Below are positions 63,944 through 64,000 of a DNA stretch of 64,000 nucleotides, piece by piece. The translations under genes were made by a program, and so were the position numbers. Positions within the stretch are counted from its first letter, which is position 1. Each line of letters begins with the position of its first letter. Below the pieces are notes generated by a model, which saw only the letters and a program-made list of their open reading frames with translations, had not been told where the DNA came from and made no database searches. This DNA is from Lingula anatina. Lineage: Eukaryota; Animalia; Brachiopoda. The stretch spans positions 18,852,848 to 18,916,847 of the forward strand of contig CM120643.1 of NCBI GenBank assembly GCA_051362555.1, in the 5' to 3' direction.

Positions 63944-64000
63944 GTAACCAGCGTCTGAACCCTTTTTATCCTAAAGTCATGTGTAGGGCGACATTTGGGT

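Overview
This is AT-rich, intron-containing invertebrate DNA; a mollusc or other lophotrochozoan origin is inferred from the TE repertoire. The backbone is a head-to-tail array, all on the + strand, of six-exon glycosyltransferase family 7 (beta-1,4-galactosyltransferase / bre-4-like) genes. Copy 1 has exons 2-6 in the window. Copy 2 is disrupted by a MITE inside catalytic exon 4. Copies 3 and 4 are apparently intact (342 aa and 330 aa). A fifth, 5'-less fragment (intron 3 + exon 4) sits at the right edge. Copies 1-4 have Lys at the bovine B4GALT1 Arg228 position, and all five exon-4 copies have Leu at the Tyr289 position, which suggests a non-galactose donor, possibly UDP-GlcNAc. The copies are mosaics of one another. 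Comparing paralogous filled and empty sites resolves many TE insertions: Tc1/mariner, hAT-like, Harbinger-like, MuDR-like, Academ-like, Kolobok-like, a Sola3-like element with a spliced transposase relic, Tx1-, CR1- and Rex1-type LINEs, a Penelope relic and a Helentron-like element carrying a 146-bp satellite. These include two multi-level nests, an inverted pair of near-identical LINEs and one site hit independently by two transposons. All family assignments come from motifs, TIRs and TSDs read by eye; no database search was run.
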